NCBI GenBank assembly: GCA_041583175.1
Contig: JBFHGI010000001.1
Location: forward strand, 1-36,545
DNA length: 36,545 nucleotides
Origin: Pseudorhodobacter sp.
GTDB taxonomy: Bacteria; Pseudomonadota; Alphaproteobacteria; Rhodobacterales; Rhodobacteraceae
Direction: 5' to 3'
The notes under the pieces are model-generated. The model saw only the letters and a list, made by a program, of their open reading frames with translations, had not been told where the DNA came from and made no database searches. The translations under genes were made by a program, and so were the position numbers. Below, piece after piece: positions 21,250 to 30,800 of this stretch. The stretch's first letter is position 1. Every line of letters begins with the position of its first letter.

Positions 21250-23230
21250 TGCGATACCCCGATGTCAGCACGGCGGCCTCGCCTGTCCAGGCTGCCAGTT
21301 CGTCTTGCCAGAAGGGTTCTTGCATACAGGCGGTCAGCCGGTCGTTGTAATGGGCTTTCAGCGCGTCGAAGTTTTCGGCAAAGCGGTCAATCTCGGCATA
21401 AAGGCGCATTGCGGCCTGTGCCACGGAACGGCCATGCGCGCCATCTTGCGGGCGATAGATATATTGTGTCCAGGTATTCGGATTAGTCAGGATCACCTGT
21501 GTCAAAGGCTGGCGCGATGCCGTGTCGCGCCGGAAATCCTTGGAGGCATGGGCCGCCGCCGAACCGGCGCTACGGTCCACCGGCTGCGCGGGGGTCATAT
21601 AGAGGAAGAAGTGATGTTCGGCCTGCCCATGGGTCGCATCGCTTTGATCTAGAATCTCTTGAATGATTTCGGGGGGGAGTTGTTCAAACCGCTGGTCAAA
21701 GCGGCGGAATGCGCCAAGGCGTTTGACATAGCGCGGGGCAAAGCCATGGGTCAGGAACATCTCACGATCATTGATATCGGCCAGAATGGTGGCGTAAAGT
21801 TCCAGCCCCATCGGGTCGGCAACCCCCAGATGCGACAGCGCCCGCTGCAAGAAGAACTGCACCAGCGTATCGGCACTTTCCTGCCCGTAGCACAGGTTCA
21901 CAATCAGCCCGTGGCTGATCGACATCCATTCCTGACCATAGGAATGGGCCGGTTCATGCCAGGCGGCCAGATTGGGATTGGATAGGACCCCATGCCCGCG
22001 CGCCCGCCCGCGCAGTGAATATTCGATATCATCGCCGCGCAGAAAGAACGCCGCCGGATAGCCGATATCTTGCAACGCGGCATAGGGCAGACTTTGAAAG
22101 ATGAAGGTGGAATATTCGGGATAATGCGCCGCGCCCATATCCTCGATCCCCTCGGTGCCTTCTATCTGGCGGCCATGGCGCAGAAAACGCGGGCGGATCA
22201 CCTCGCGCTTGCCGGTGATGGACCCGCCCGCAAACCGCCCCCACATAGAGCCGTCTTCCCACAGCACCCGACGGTTGTTCTGACGAAACACCGGTGTGGT
22301 GAACATGGTGGTATCGCGGCGGAACAGGCTGGCCGCCCAGTTGCGCCGCAGACTTTCCAGCGAAATGCCCAGATCATCATCCAGCAGCAGGATTTCGTCG
22401 GGTACGACGCCTGCGGCTTCCAGCCCCTTGCGGGCATGCAACATCACCTGACTCATATTGCCGCCACCGCCCAGATTGGCCCCGGCATAGACAAAGACGT
22501 TGAACATGCCGCCCGCTGTTACCGTGCTGTAATCGCGCTTGCCGATGCCATTGCTGGCATCCAGCACGACAAAAGCGGTATTGCGCAGGAAGTGGCTGTA
22601 ATCACCCAAAGCGGCCTCGCGGCGCAACTGGGCGAACAGGGCGACGATATCGCGCGTGCGCCCGAAGGTGCGCAACAGGACCACCATGCGGCCTTGCGCA
22701 TCGCGTGGGGCGGCGGTTTCCCATGTCAGGCTGTCCAGCCGCGATTTTCCGGCCCGCGATTGCACTTGCGCAACCAGTCGGGTGGCTTCGGGGATGGCAT
22801 GGGCATTGCCCAGCGAAACGCGCAGGCTGTCGGCGCTGGCCGCATCGGTCGCCGCATCGCCGAGCCGCCGCTTGTTACCGGCTTCGTTATAGGCATCAAT
22901 GCTCAGATGGAACCGTCCCTTGCCGCGCAAGACCAGATGCAGGTTGTTCAGGTCGGTGTGGCGGCGGAACAGCTCGGGGAAAAACCCGTTGCGCAGGCTG
23001 TTGGTTGCCAGAAAATCCTGATTGGCCAAGGTCACGGGCAGGGCGGTCACGTTCGAGACGTGATCGGCGCCGGTGCTGAAATAAAGATCGGTCGTCTCGG
23101 GATCGGCATTGGTGCAGTCAAGCCCTTGCAAGGTGACCATATCACCCGTGGCCAAGGCCCGCGTCCGCTGTGCCCATTTGCTAAAGAATGGCGCGAGTTG
23201 GGACGGAATATCCGCCTGTGAATGCGCCAT
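21242..23230 (-). CDS. GT2 glycosyltransferase, GlfT2-like galactofuranosyltransferase A
   Basis: NLGGGG, LLLDDD, FFLRGDDIEYSLR, AWHEP and a GlfT2-like N-terminal domain. Start ATG 23230 after ggaggt; glf is present in the locus. Confidence 0.75.
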   Translation of the reverse strand: MAHSQADIPSQLAPFFSKWAQRTRALATGDMVTLQGLDCTNADPETTDLYFSTGADHVSNVTALPVTLANQDFLATNSLRNGFFPELFRRHTDLNNLHLVLRGKGRFHLSIDAYNEAGNKRRLGDAATDAASADSLRVSLGNAHAIPEATRLVAQVQSRAGKSRLDSLTWETAAPRDAQGRMVVLLRTFGRTRDIVALFAQLRREAALGDYSHFLRNTAFVVLDASNGIGKRDYSTVTAGGMFNVFVYAGANLGGGGNMSQVMLHARKGLEAAGVVPDEILLLDDDLGISLESLRRNWAASLFRRDTTMFTTPVFRQNNRRVLWEDGSMWGRFAGGSITGKREVIRPRFLRHGRQIEGTEGIEDMGAAHYPEYSTFIFQSLPYAALQDIGYPAAFFLRGDDIEYSLRGRARGHGVLSNPNLAAWHEPAHSYGQEWMSISHGLIVNLCYGQESADTLVQFFLQRALSHLGVADPMGLELYATILADINDREMFLTHGFAPRYVKRLGAFRRFDQRFEQLPPEIIQEILDQSDATHGQAEHHFFLYMTPAQPVDRSAGSAAAHASKDFRRDTASRQPLTQVILTNPNTWTQYIYRPQDGAHGRSVAQAAMRLYAEIDRFAENFDALKAHYNDRLTACMQEPFWQDELAAWTGEAAVLTSGYRNG

Positions 23231-23308
23231 GGGGGACCTCCGGGACAATGAAACGATCATGGGTTTCCGAGTAACGAAGCCCATTCGTTTTGTCCAGTAA
23301 GGTCCCCC
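23231..23308 (-). promoter_or_regulatory. Long imperfect hairpin covering the Shine-Dalgarno of glycosyltransferase A
   Basis: Nested pairings gggggacct/aggtccccc, ggacaa/ttgtcc, aacga/tcgtt, atggg/cccat; the 3' arm contains ggaggt directly before ATG. Confidence 0.6.
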
Positions 23309-23332
23309 GGATCGAGATCAGGCGCAGGATGA

Positions 23333-26300
23333 TCAGAAGATGAAATCGCTGCCCGAGATGTTGTTCGCCTCTCCCTGAAGCAGGATAGTGTTGCCAAAGG
23401 CATCGCTGACCAGTGCATCCGCGCCCGAGACGGTGATGGTCAGATCGGCGATCCCGTTGACCTGGGTGTTGCCGGACATGTCCAGCTTGTCGATACCATC
23501 CTCAAAATCGCCGATGATGTCATTGCCAAAGCTCGCACCAAAGACAAACACATCCTCGCCGCCATAACCGCGCAGACTGTCGTTTCCGGCAAGGCCGGTC
23601 AGCACGTTTTCGCCGGCATCCCCGCTGAGCGTGTCATTATAGGCCGACCCGGTCAGGTTTTCGATACTGCTGAACGTATCGCCCGCGGCATGGCTGCCCG
23701 CTGTATACCCGCTGTTGAGGCTGACATTGACCCCGCCCGAGGCGTCATCGTAAGTGGCGGTATCAGAGCCTTCATGGCCCCAAAGCTCATCCGCGCCCAA
23801 ACGTCCCCGCAGCACGTCATCCCCCGCATCGCCGAACAGAAGGTTCACGCCGCTGTCGCCGCTCAGTACGTCATCAAACTGCGAGCCGTAGAGGTCTTCG
23901 ATACTGAGCAGGGTATCGCCTGCTGCATGACCGCCGCTGGTAAAGCCTGTCGCCAGAGAGATGACCACCCCTTCATCGGACTCGGTGTAAAGGGCGGTAT
24001 CTATCCCGCCATTGCCATTCAGCGTATCGGCTCCGGCGCGGCCTTGCAAAAAGTTGTCGCTGTTGTTGCCATTCAGAATGTCGTTGAAGGCCGATCCGGC
24101 CAGATCCTCGATCGAGTTCAGAACATCGCCGATGGCATGGCTGCCCGCCCCGCCGCCGGTAAAGCCGCTGAGCAGGCTGACATTCACAAAGGCGGCGCTG
24201 TCGGCGTAATCGGCGGTATCTATCCCGCCATTGCCGTTCAGCGTATCGGCCCCGGCGCGCCCGCGCAGAATGTTGTCACCCCCGTCACCGCTAAGGATAT
24301 CGCTATGCGCCGAACCGCGCAGATTTTCGATACTGCTGAACGTATCGCCGATGGCATGGCTGCCCGCCCCGCCCCCGACAAAGCCCGAAGCGAGGCTGAC
24401 ATTCACAAACCCCGCCGAAGAGGCATAATCGGCGGTGTCAGAGCCTGCGCCGCCAAACAGGCTGTCATTGCCCGCGCGCCCTTCGAACACGTTGTCGCCG
24501 CTATCGCCGGTCATCCGGTCGCCAAGATTGGTGCCGCGGATATTTTCGATAGAGGAGAAAATGTCGCCGGTGGCATCGCTGAGTGCCGCACCGGTATAGC
24601 CGGTCTGCAATGACACATTGATCGCTGCCGCACTGTCGGCATAATCGGCCCAATCCTCGCCTGCGCCGCCGTCGAGCGTATCGGCCCCGGCGCGCCCGCG
24701 CAGCACATCGTCACCCAGCCCGCCATAGAGAGCGTTGCCACTGGCATCGCCGCTGAGGATGTCATTGAAGGCCGACCCGTCTACATTGCGAAAGCTGTTG
24801 CCCCCTGCGCCGTTCAGGAAAGTATCGCCAATCGCATGGCTGCCCGACCCGCCGCCCGCATATCCGGTGGCCAGAGAAACATTCACAAACCCGGCCGAGG
24901 AGGCATAGGACAGCGTGTCGCTGCCGCCATTGCCGATCAGGTTGTCCGCGCCAGCACCGCCTTCGATGGTATTGTTTTGAGCATTCCCAACAATGATATC
25001 GTTGCGCGAAGATCCGATGACGTTTTCGATGAGGATAAAGTGGTCATTGCCCTGACCGATGGCATGGATCTGGTTCGACGGGTCGGTGCCTGGAATGCCA
25101 TTCAAGAACACCGTGACCGCCTGCGCGACCGAGGCGAAAGAGGCGGTATTATCGCCCAAGCCGCCATCCAGCGTGTCATTGCCCAAGCCGCCATCCAGCG
25201 TGTCATCGCCGCCGACCGGGATGAAAAGGCCCGCATCGGTGGCCGCAATGCTTAAGCTGCCATCGCCGATCAGCATGTCATTGCCCGCCCCGCCTTGCAG
25301 CAGATCATCGCCATAAAAGAAGGAGACATGGAAACCTGCCCCTTCGATTGTCACATCGCTATCGCCAATCAGGGTGAAGGCGCTATCGCTGCGGGATTGC
25401 GTGATGCGCAAGATATCATCGCCAAACGTGACGGTGATAGAGGGAGTGGCCACATTATCTGTGGAAACACTCGCGGCATCCCCATGGATGGCCCCTCCGG
25501 TTCCGAAAGCAGTCGAGGCGGCCACCTCGATTACATCATCGCCGAAGGTGTTGTTCGCCCCTGTGGTGCTGACTGTTACCGCATCTCCAAAAATTGCAAC
25601 GGAGGATGGACCCAAGGGATTGTTGTCGGTAAAGGTGATGCGATCATGCCCGGCAGAAAACAAACCACCCGAGGCGGAGGCGAAGCTCTCAACATCGCCG
25701 GTAAGTATAGAAACGATGGCGTTGGTCACGGTGATTACATCATCGCCGCCGAGAAAGGCCTCATCTTCCGTGCTAACGGTATTGGCATCCCCCGTGATGA
25801 GGCTGACACTTGTTAGCCCGGTAAAAAATCGCGTGCCGGTAAGGTTGATAATATCATCGCCGCCGGAAGCTTGAACATTGACGGTGCTACTGAAATCCCC
25901 CGCCAGTATGGTGCCGGCGACATCGGTCAGTGTCAGGCTGTCATTGCCGCCCACGGCCGAAAAGAAAGGATCGCTTTCCCCACGTGCCACATGAAAGGCA
26001 TCCCCGGTTATAAAGCTGAAACTGGTGAGCGAACGGTCCGGGTAAGGGTATGCTGACCCGTTTGACAGGCTTTGCAGCGTGATACTGTCATCGCCCCCAA
26101 AAAATGTGTCAAAGACATTGTTACCATCGCCAAGAATTATACTTGCGTTGGCAAGATTAGTCAGGGTGATGGTATCATCACCGCCATAGGTGGTGCTGCC
26201 AATCCCGCTTGTATACACATCGCCGATAACCAAACCGACCGAATTGTGGTTCATGGGCGCGGTATCATGAATGTCAACGATATCATCGCCGCCATAGACC

Positions 26301-26899
26301 GTACCGATGTTGTCTGGGGCAGGGCCGCTGCCACCGCCCACGTCACCGACAATGAGGTTGGCGGCGGTATTGATAAACCGGTCCGCCCCGCCATAGAGTG
26401 TGCCACCCGCATTCACCGTGAGCGCATCGCCCAATAAAGCACTTTCCGAATAGGTCAAGGTACTGGTGCTGTTCAAAAAGCTGTCTCTGCCGCCATACAG
26501 GACCTGGCCGGTGCCAACGCGCACAAAATCACCCATAATTTGCAGTGATGCGCCGGTATTGGGGATGAAAATTGTCGTATCGCCCGCCAGCACCGCATTC
26601 CAGAATCGTTCATGGTTGACGGTGGCGCTGCCTGCATCGACCAACAGGTTCAGCGGTGTGTCCAGTCCGGAAACCGACAGTATCGGATTATAGCTTCCGT
26701 CATTGATATTGATTGACTGCACCGTGCCGCCCAGACCGGCGGTGATATTGGCCAGATAGCTGAGGGCCGTGATGTTGTGACCGGTGGTCGAGGCCCATGT
26801 GTAGCTGAAGGGGGTGGAGGTACCGGTTGCAAAGCTGACTGCGTCGGGATCAAAGGCAGAAAAGCTTGTGGCGAGGCTGGATGCATCAATTTGTGCCAT
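23333..26899 (-). CDS. RTX-type calcium-binding secreted protein (RTX-3), 1188 aa
   Basis: S/T-rich N-terminus, 13 atypical GD...GxD repeats, six to seven (F/G)VNVSL...IENL-type units, C-terminal GSDFIF; RBS agga. Confidence 0.9.
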   Translation of the reverse strand: MAQIDASSLATSFSAFDPDAVSFATGTSTPFSYTWASTTGHNITALSYLANITAGLGGTVQSININDGSYNPILSVSGLDTPLNLLVDAGSATVNHERFWNAVLAGDTTIFIPNTGASLQIMGDFVRVGTGQVLYGGRDSFLNSTSTLTYSESALLGDALTVNAGGTLYGGADRFINTAANLIVGDVGGGSGPAPDNIGTVYGGDDIVDIHDTAPMNHNSVGLVIGDVYTSGIGSTTYGGDDTITLTNLANASIILGDGNNVFDTFFGGDDSITLQSLSNGSAYPYPDRSLTSFSFITGDAFHVARGESDPFFSAVGGNDSLTLTDVAGTILAGDFSSTVNVQASGGDDIINLTGTRFFTGLTSVSLITGDANTVSTEDEAFLGGDDVITVTNAIVSILTGDVESFASASGGLFSAGHDRITFTDNNPLGPSSVAIFGDAVTVSTTGANNTFGDDVIEVAASTAFGTGGAIHGDAASVSTDNVATPSITVTFGDDILRITQSRSDSAFTLIGDSDVTIEGAGFHVSFFYGDDLLQGGAGNDMLIGDGSLSIAATDAGLFIPVGGDDTLDGGLGNDTLDGGLGDNTASFASVAQAVTVFLNGIPGTDPSNQIHAIGQGNDHFILIENVIGSSRNDIIVGNAQNNTIEGGAGADNLIGNGGSDTLSYASSAGFVNVSLATGYAGGGSGSHAIGDTFLNGAGGNSFRNVDGSAFNDILSGDASGNALYGGLGDDVLRGRAGADTLDGGAGEDWADYADSAAAINVSLQTGYTGAALSDATGDIFSSIENIRGTNLGDRMTGDSGDNVFEGRAGNDSLFGGAGSDTADYASSAGFVNVSLASGFVGGGAGSHAIGDTFSSIENLRGSAHSDILSGDGGDNILRGRAGADTLNGNGGIDTADYADSAAFVNVSLLSGFTGGGAGSHAIGDVLNSIEDLAGSAFNDILNGNNSDNFLQGRAGADTLNGNGGIDTALYTESDEGVVISLATGFTSGGHAAGDTLLSIEDLYGSQFDDVLSGDSGVNLLFGDAGDDVLRGRLGADELWGHEGSDTATYDDASGGVNVSLNSGYTAGSHAAGDTFSSIENLTGSAYNDTLSGDAGENVLTGLAGNDSLRGYGGEDVFVFGASFGNDIIGDFEDGIDKLDMSGNTQVNGIADLTITVSGADALVSDAFGNTILLQGEANNISGSDFIF
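25154..25206. repeat. Tandem duplication of one RTX nonapeptide codon block (27-bp period)
   Basis: gcccaagccgccatccagcgtgtcat at 25154-25179 and 25181-25206; encodes DTLDGGLG twice. Confidence 0.9.
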
Positions 26900-27097
26900 G
26901 GGTCTGTCCTATCTGTACATTAAAAAGCGCATGAAAAGCGCGGGAGCGAAGGCAAAATAATGCGCTCACCCTAGCACAGGTTTTCGATTTTTGGACCCGT
27001 TTATCCCTTTTTAGTCCGTGGTTTTGCGGCGGGCAGGCAGGGCCAGCCTAGCAACTGTATGTATAAAATAAAAAATTCGCTTCCGGACCCGAGGACG

Positions 27098-27823
27098 TCA
27101 GGCAAAGCCCTCATCGGTATTGATGGCCCAGATTTCAGGATGTTCCGTCAGATGGGCAAAAATATCCTGCCAGGGCGCCGTTGCCAGATCGCCGGGAAAG
27201 CTTTGGGCAAGGGTTTCGAAAAACAGACGGTCGGCGGGGGTATCAAGCGTGATGCGCCAATGGGCATAGCCTTGCTGCGGGCAGGGCAGGTTACGCAGCG
27301 TGTAGCGCATCGGGCGGCGGCGCACGAAGGTGGTGACATGCTCGCGGTCGGATTTCAGATGGCCTTCGCGGCCCGCCTCTTCCAGTGCTGCCATCGTCAC
27401 GATTTCGCTGTCCATACCCAAGGGCCAGCTGCCCGGGATATTGGTGGTGACCAGATCGCCGCCATGGGCCAGAAAATCGGCCAGCAGGGCGCTGCTGGTT
27501 TCGGGGGCGGTCAGCGGGCAATCGGAAGTGATGCGCATCACTGCATCGGCGCCCACCTCGCGCGCAGCCCCCAGATAGCGCCCCAGCACATCGTTTTGCG
27601 AGCCGCGATAAACCCTGTAGCCGCGCTTGGCGCAAAGTTCGGCAATCGGGTCGCAGGCGGGCTGGTCGGTGGTGGCGCAGATCACCTCGCTGATGCCTTC
27701 GATCCGGGCGCAGCGGTCAAGGCAATGTTCCAGAAAGGTCTTGCCCAGCAGCGGCATCAACACCTTGCCCGGAAGCCGGGTCGAGGACATGCGGGCCTGA
27801 ACGATCACGGGAAGGGTGGTCAT
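27098..27823 (-). CDS. SpsF/FlmC-type cytidylyltransferase, likely CMP-pseudaminate synthetase (PseF function)
   Basis: IVQARMSSTRLPGKVL, GS.NDVL.RY, RITSDCPL, REHVT, RITLDT..D; supplies the otherwise missing Pse activation step; ATGA overlap with the upstream large gene. Confidence 0.85.
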   Translation of the reverse strand: MTTLPVIVQARMSSTRLPGKVLMPLLGKTFLEHCLDRCARIEGISEVICATTDQPACDPIAELCAKRGYRVYRGSQNDVLGRYLGAAREVGADAVMRITSDCPLTAPETSSALLADFLAHGGDLVTTNIPGSWPLGMDSEIVTMAALEEAGREGHLKSDREHVTTFVRRRPMRYTLRNLPCPQQGYAHWRITLDTPADRLFFETLAQSFPGDLATAPWQDIFAHLTEHPEIWAINTDEGFA

Positions 27824-30800
27824 GATGCAATGGTCCTTTTGCGGGTCTGGGGCTTGAGGGCTTTATGGGCCAGCTTGCGGTCACGCCGCGCGGCCAGCTT
27901 TTCGACGATCCGAGCCGTCAGCAAGGGTTTGTCAGACGGGTCATCGCAGAGAACCACCTCCATCGTGTCAAAGAACAGGTCTTGCCCGGTGCCTTGCGGA
28001 TCGCGCCAGATATGGGTCGCATTGGGGGCGGCGAAAATCGTATCGACCCCGCCAAAGGCCGTCAGTTCGATCGTGGCGGTATTTACCCCGACCACGCAAT
28101 CCAGCGCCGTGGCCAAGGCCAGCACGCCGTCGAAATCATCCATCTTGTCAAGGTCCGGGAAGGTCAGCAGATTGGCACCGAATGTGGTCCGGATATGGTC
28201 GGCCAATTCTTCGTCATCCTCATATTCAAGGCTGACAAAGGTGACGCCTTGCATGCGATACATCTCGCCGAACTGATCGGGGGTGAAGTAATTGGCGATG
28301 CGCTGATACTCCAGAATGCGGCTGGTTCCGATCACCCCGACCAGCAGTGTGCCGGCATAGGGGGCCAGACGCTTGCGCCATGCCGCGACCAAATCCGGAT
28401 CTGCCTTCAGGCGGGGTTGCGGCCCCTGGTTGAACGATGCCGCATCGGGGCGCAAATCGGCCATGACGCTTGGGGCAGGCATAACCACATCCATCTTGTT
28501 GGCCTTGGCCCAAAGCTTGCTGTCAAAAAACTGCGCCAGCGCCTGATCGGGCAAGTCCCGGATATGGTCAAGCAAATCCCGGTTCATCCGTTTGCGATGG
28601 AAGCGGGGCAGCGGCAGGAACTCGGCCACCTCCGGAAAGGAGCGCCGGTACAGTGGCGCCAGTCGTTCATCCACCGAGAAGGCCGCATCTGGAAAGCGCT
28701 TGGCCAGCTCGGGATACGGAATGGCATAGCGGATTTCATCACCAACACCGCCTTCGGACAGAAACAGTACCTTTTCATTGGGGCGGATGCCTTCAATGCT
28801 ATCGGCCAGCCGGAAGTTGCGGGCATGTTTGCGGATCAGGGCCGATCTTGGGAAATCACGCAGGCCTCCAAAGGCCAGATCGAGATCTGACAGCGCGGCC
28901 CCCGCCATGAAGCGAGGCCAGCCGGTGCGGTGTTTCTGCCCGACAAATAAGGTGTGATATTGTTCGCGCAACAGGCTGCGGATTTCGCTGGTCTGTCCCA
29001 GAAAGGCGAGGGAGCGCACAAAATCATAGCTGGTCCACCAGCCATCCTCGGCCCCGGCTGAAATAGAGGCGCGGTAATGGGAGATGATCGACCGGATTTC
29101 GGCGGCATCACGCCGCCCGCCATCCTTGCCGCCCCCCCAGGCAATCGCATGGCCAAGCCAGGCATAGGCCCGCATGTCATTGGGATAGAGTGCAACGGCG
29201 CGGGCGGCGTTGTGGCGCATCGTCTCCAGATCATTGTCCAGCAGACCAAGGCGGCCTTGCCCAAGCAGGGTTTCAACCGTGTGATCCTGAACCGTAGCGA
29301 TATGGGCGCGGAAACGGGTACTCCACAGCGGGTCGGGGGCAGAGCCTGCGGCTTCCAGTTCGCCTTCCAGCTCGCGCAGCTTTGTATAGCTCGGCGTATC
29401 CAGCGCATCCAGTTGCAGGGCTTTGAAATAATAGTCGCAAGCCTCGTGCAGGCGGTTTTCATAGGCCAGACAATCCGCCATCAACCTGTGGAGGCCCCGC
29501 GCGTTCGGAGCGGTTACCATATAGGCTTCCAACAAAGACCGGGCCGCCGAAACATTCAGCCGCGAAAGTTCAAGTGCTGCCAGCGCCCGCACAGCCGCTT
29601 CCCCTTTGACCGAGCGGATCAGCAACAGGTAATTGTCATGCGCCTGATCAAATTCTCCGGCCTCGGCACAGGCCACGGCATATCGCTGCCGCAGATCAAG
29701 GTTGCCCGGCGTTTTCTGGCAGCGGCGTTTCAGAATGGCCATCGCCTCGGGCCAGTTTCCGGTGGTTTCCTGCAAGGTCAGGTTCAAGGTTTCCACGTCG
29801 ATTTCCGGAGCCCCACGCGCGACCAGATCCGTGATCGTGTGGCGCGCACCTTCCAGATCGCTTTTGCCGATCTGGCAGCGGAAAATAGCGCCCAGCAGGG
29901 CGTTGCTGGGTTGTATCGAGCGGAAGATCAACAAGGCCGAACCGAAATAGCGCCGCGCCATCAAGGCGTTGCCAATTTTCTCGATCTCGGAGGCCGGCGT
30001 TTTACGGAGAGCTGTCAGAAGATAGGGGCCGAACTCCTGCCGGTCCTCAGTCGTGTGAATGCGGGCGCGGATTTTCACGACGCATTCCGCGACCTTGCCG
30101 ATAATAGTGGCCTGATGCGTTTCCTGGACATCTTTGGCGATTTGTAAGGCTTTGCGCCAATCCCTTAAATCGGCATAGGTTTCGGCCAGGGTCAAGGCTG
30201 CAACGGGGCGTTCTTGTATCTCGGCGGTCAGGTCGATTGCATTGATCAGGGCCTTGGCGTGATCATGTTTCAGATGGTTGCGCAGGACTTGCAAAACGCT
30301 GTTGCGGGTTTCAACCTTGGGATTGTCGTGCAACTGCGCCAACAGACGGTCGGCGATGCTGTCGCGCAGGTCACCGCGACCGGGGAACCAGTCTTTGGCA
30401 TAGTCTTTATAGCTGGTTTTGTGGCCTGTCAGCGGGTCAATGAACAAGATGTTTTCTGTGTAATACCAACCGATGAAACTGTTCAGATCCATGGGTACTT
30501 CCACCAGAAGGGGCCGCTCTTGCCCGTTCAGGTCCAGATCCCGCGTCAGGCCCAGCCCGGCATAGGCGGGCTTGCCGTAAACGGTCAGCGGCTTTTGCGT
30601 CAGCAAGGCGGCAAAGCCCAAGGGGGAAGCAATCGTGTGAAATCCGTCGACAACCTGTGCCAGTTCAGCCACCTCAAGATCGCCCGCGACGGCGCGAACG
30701 CGGTCCGACAGATGTTCGATTGCCGTCAGGATGGCCTTGTCCGCCCCACGGGGATGATACAGGATTTCTGCCCCTGGATGATCAACCAAAAGCCGTTGAA

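Noticed and set aside
23333-26899. RTX proteins as pore-forming toxins or enzymes
   Set aside because: No HlyA-type pore domain, HExxH protease motif, recognisable lipase domain or acyltransferase partner was seen; only Ca-binding repeats are supported.
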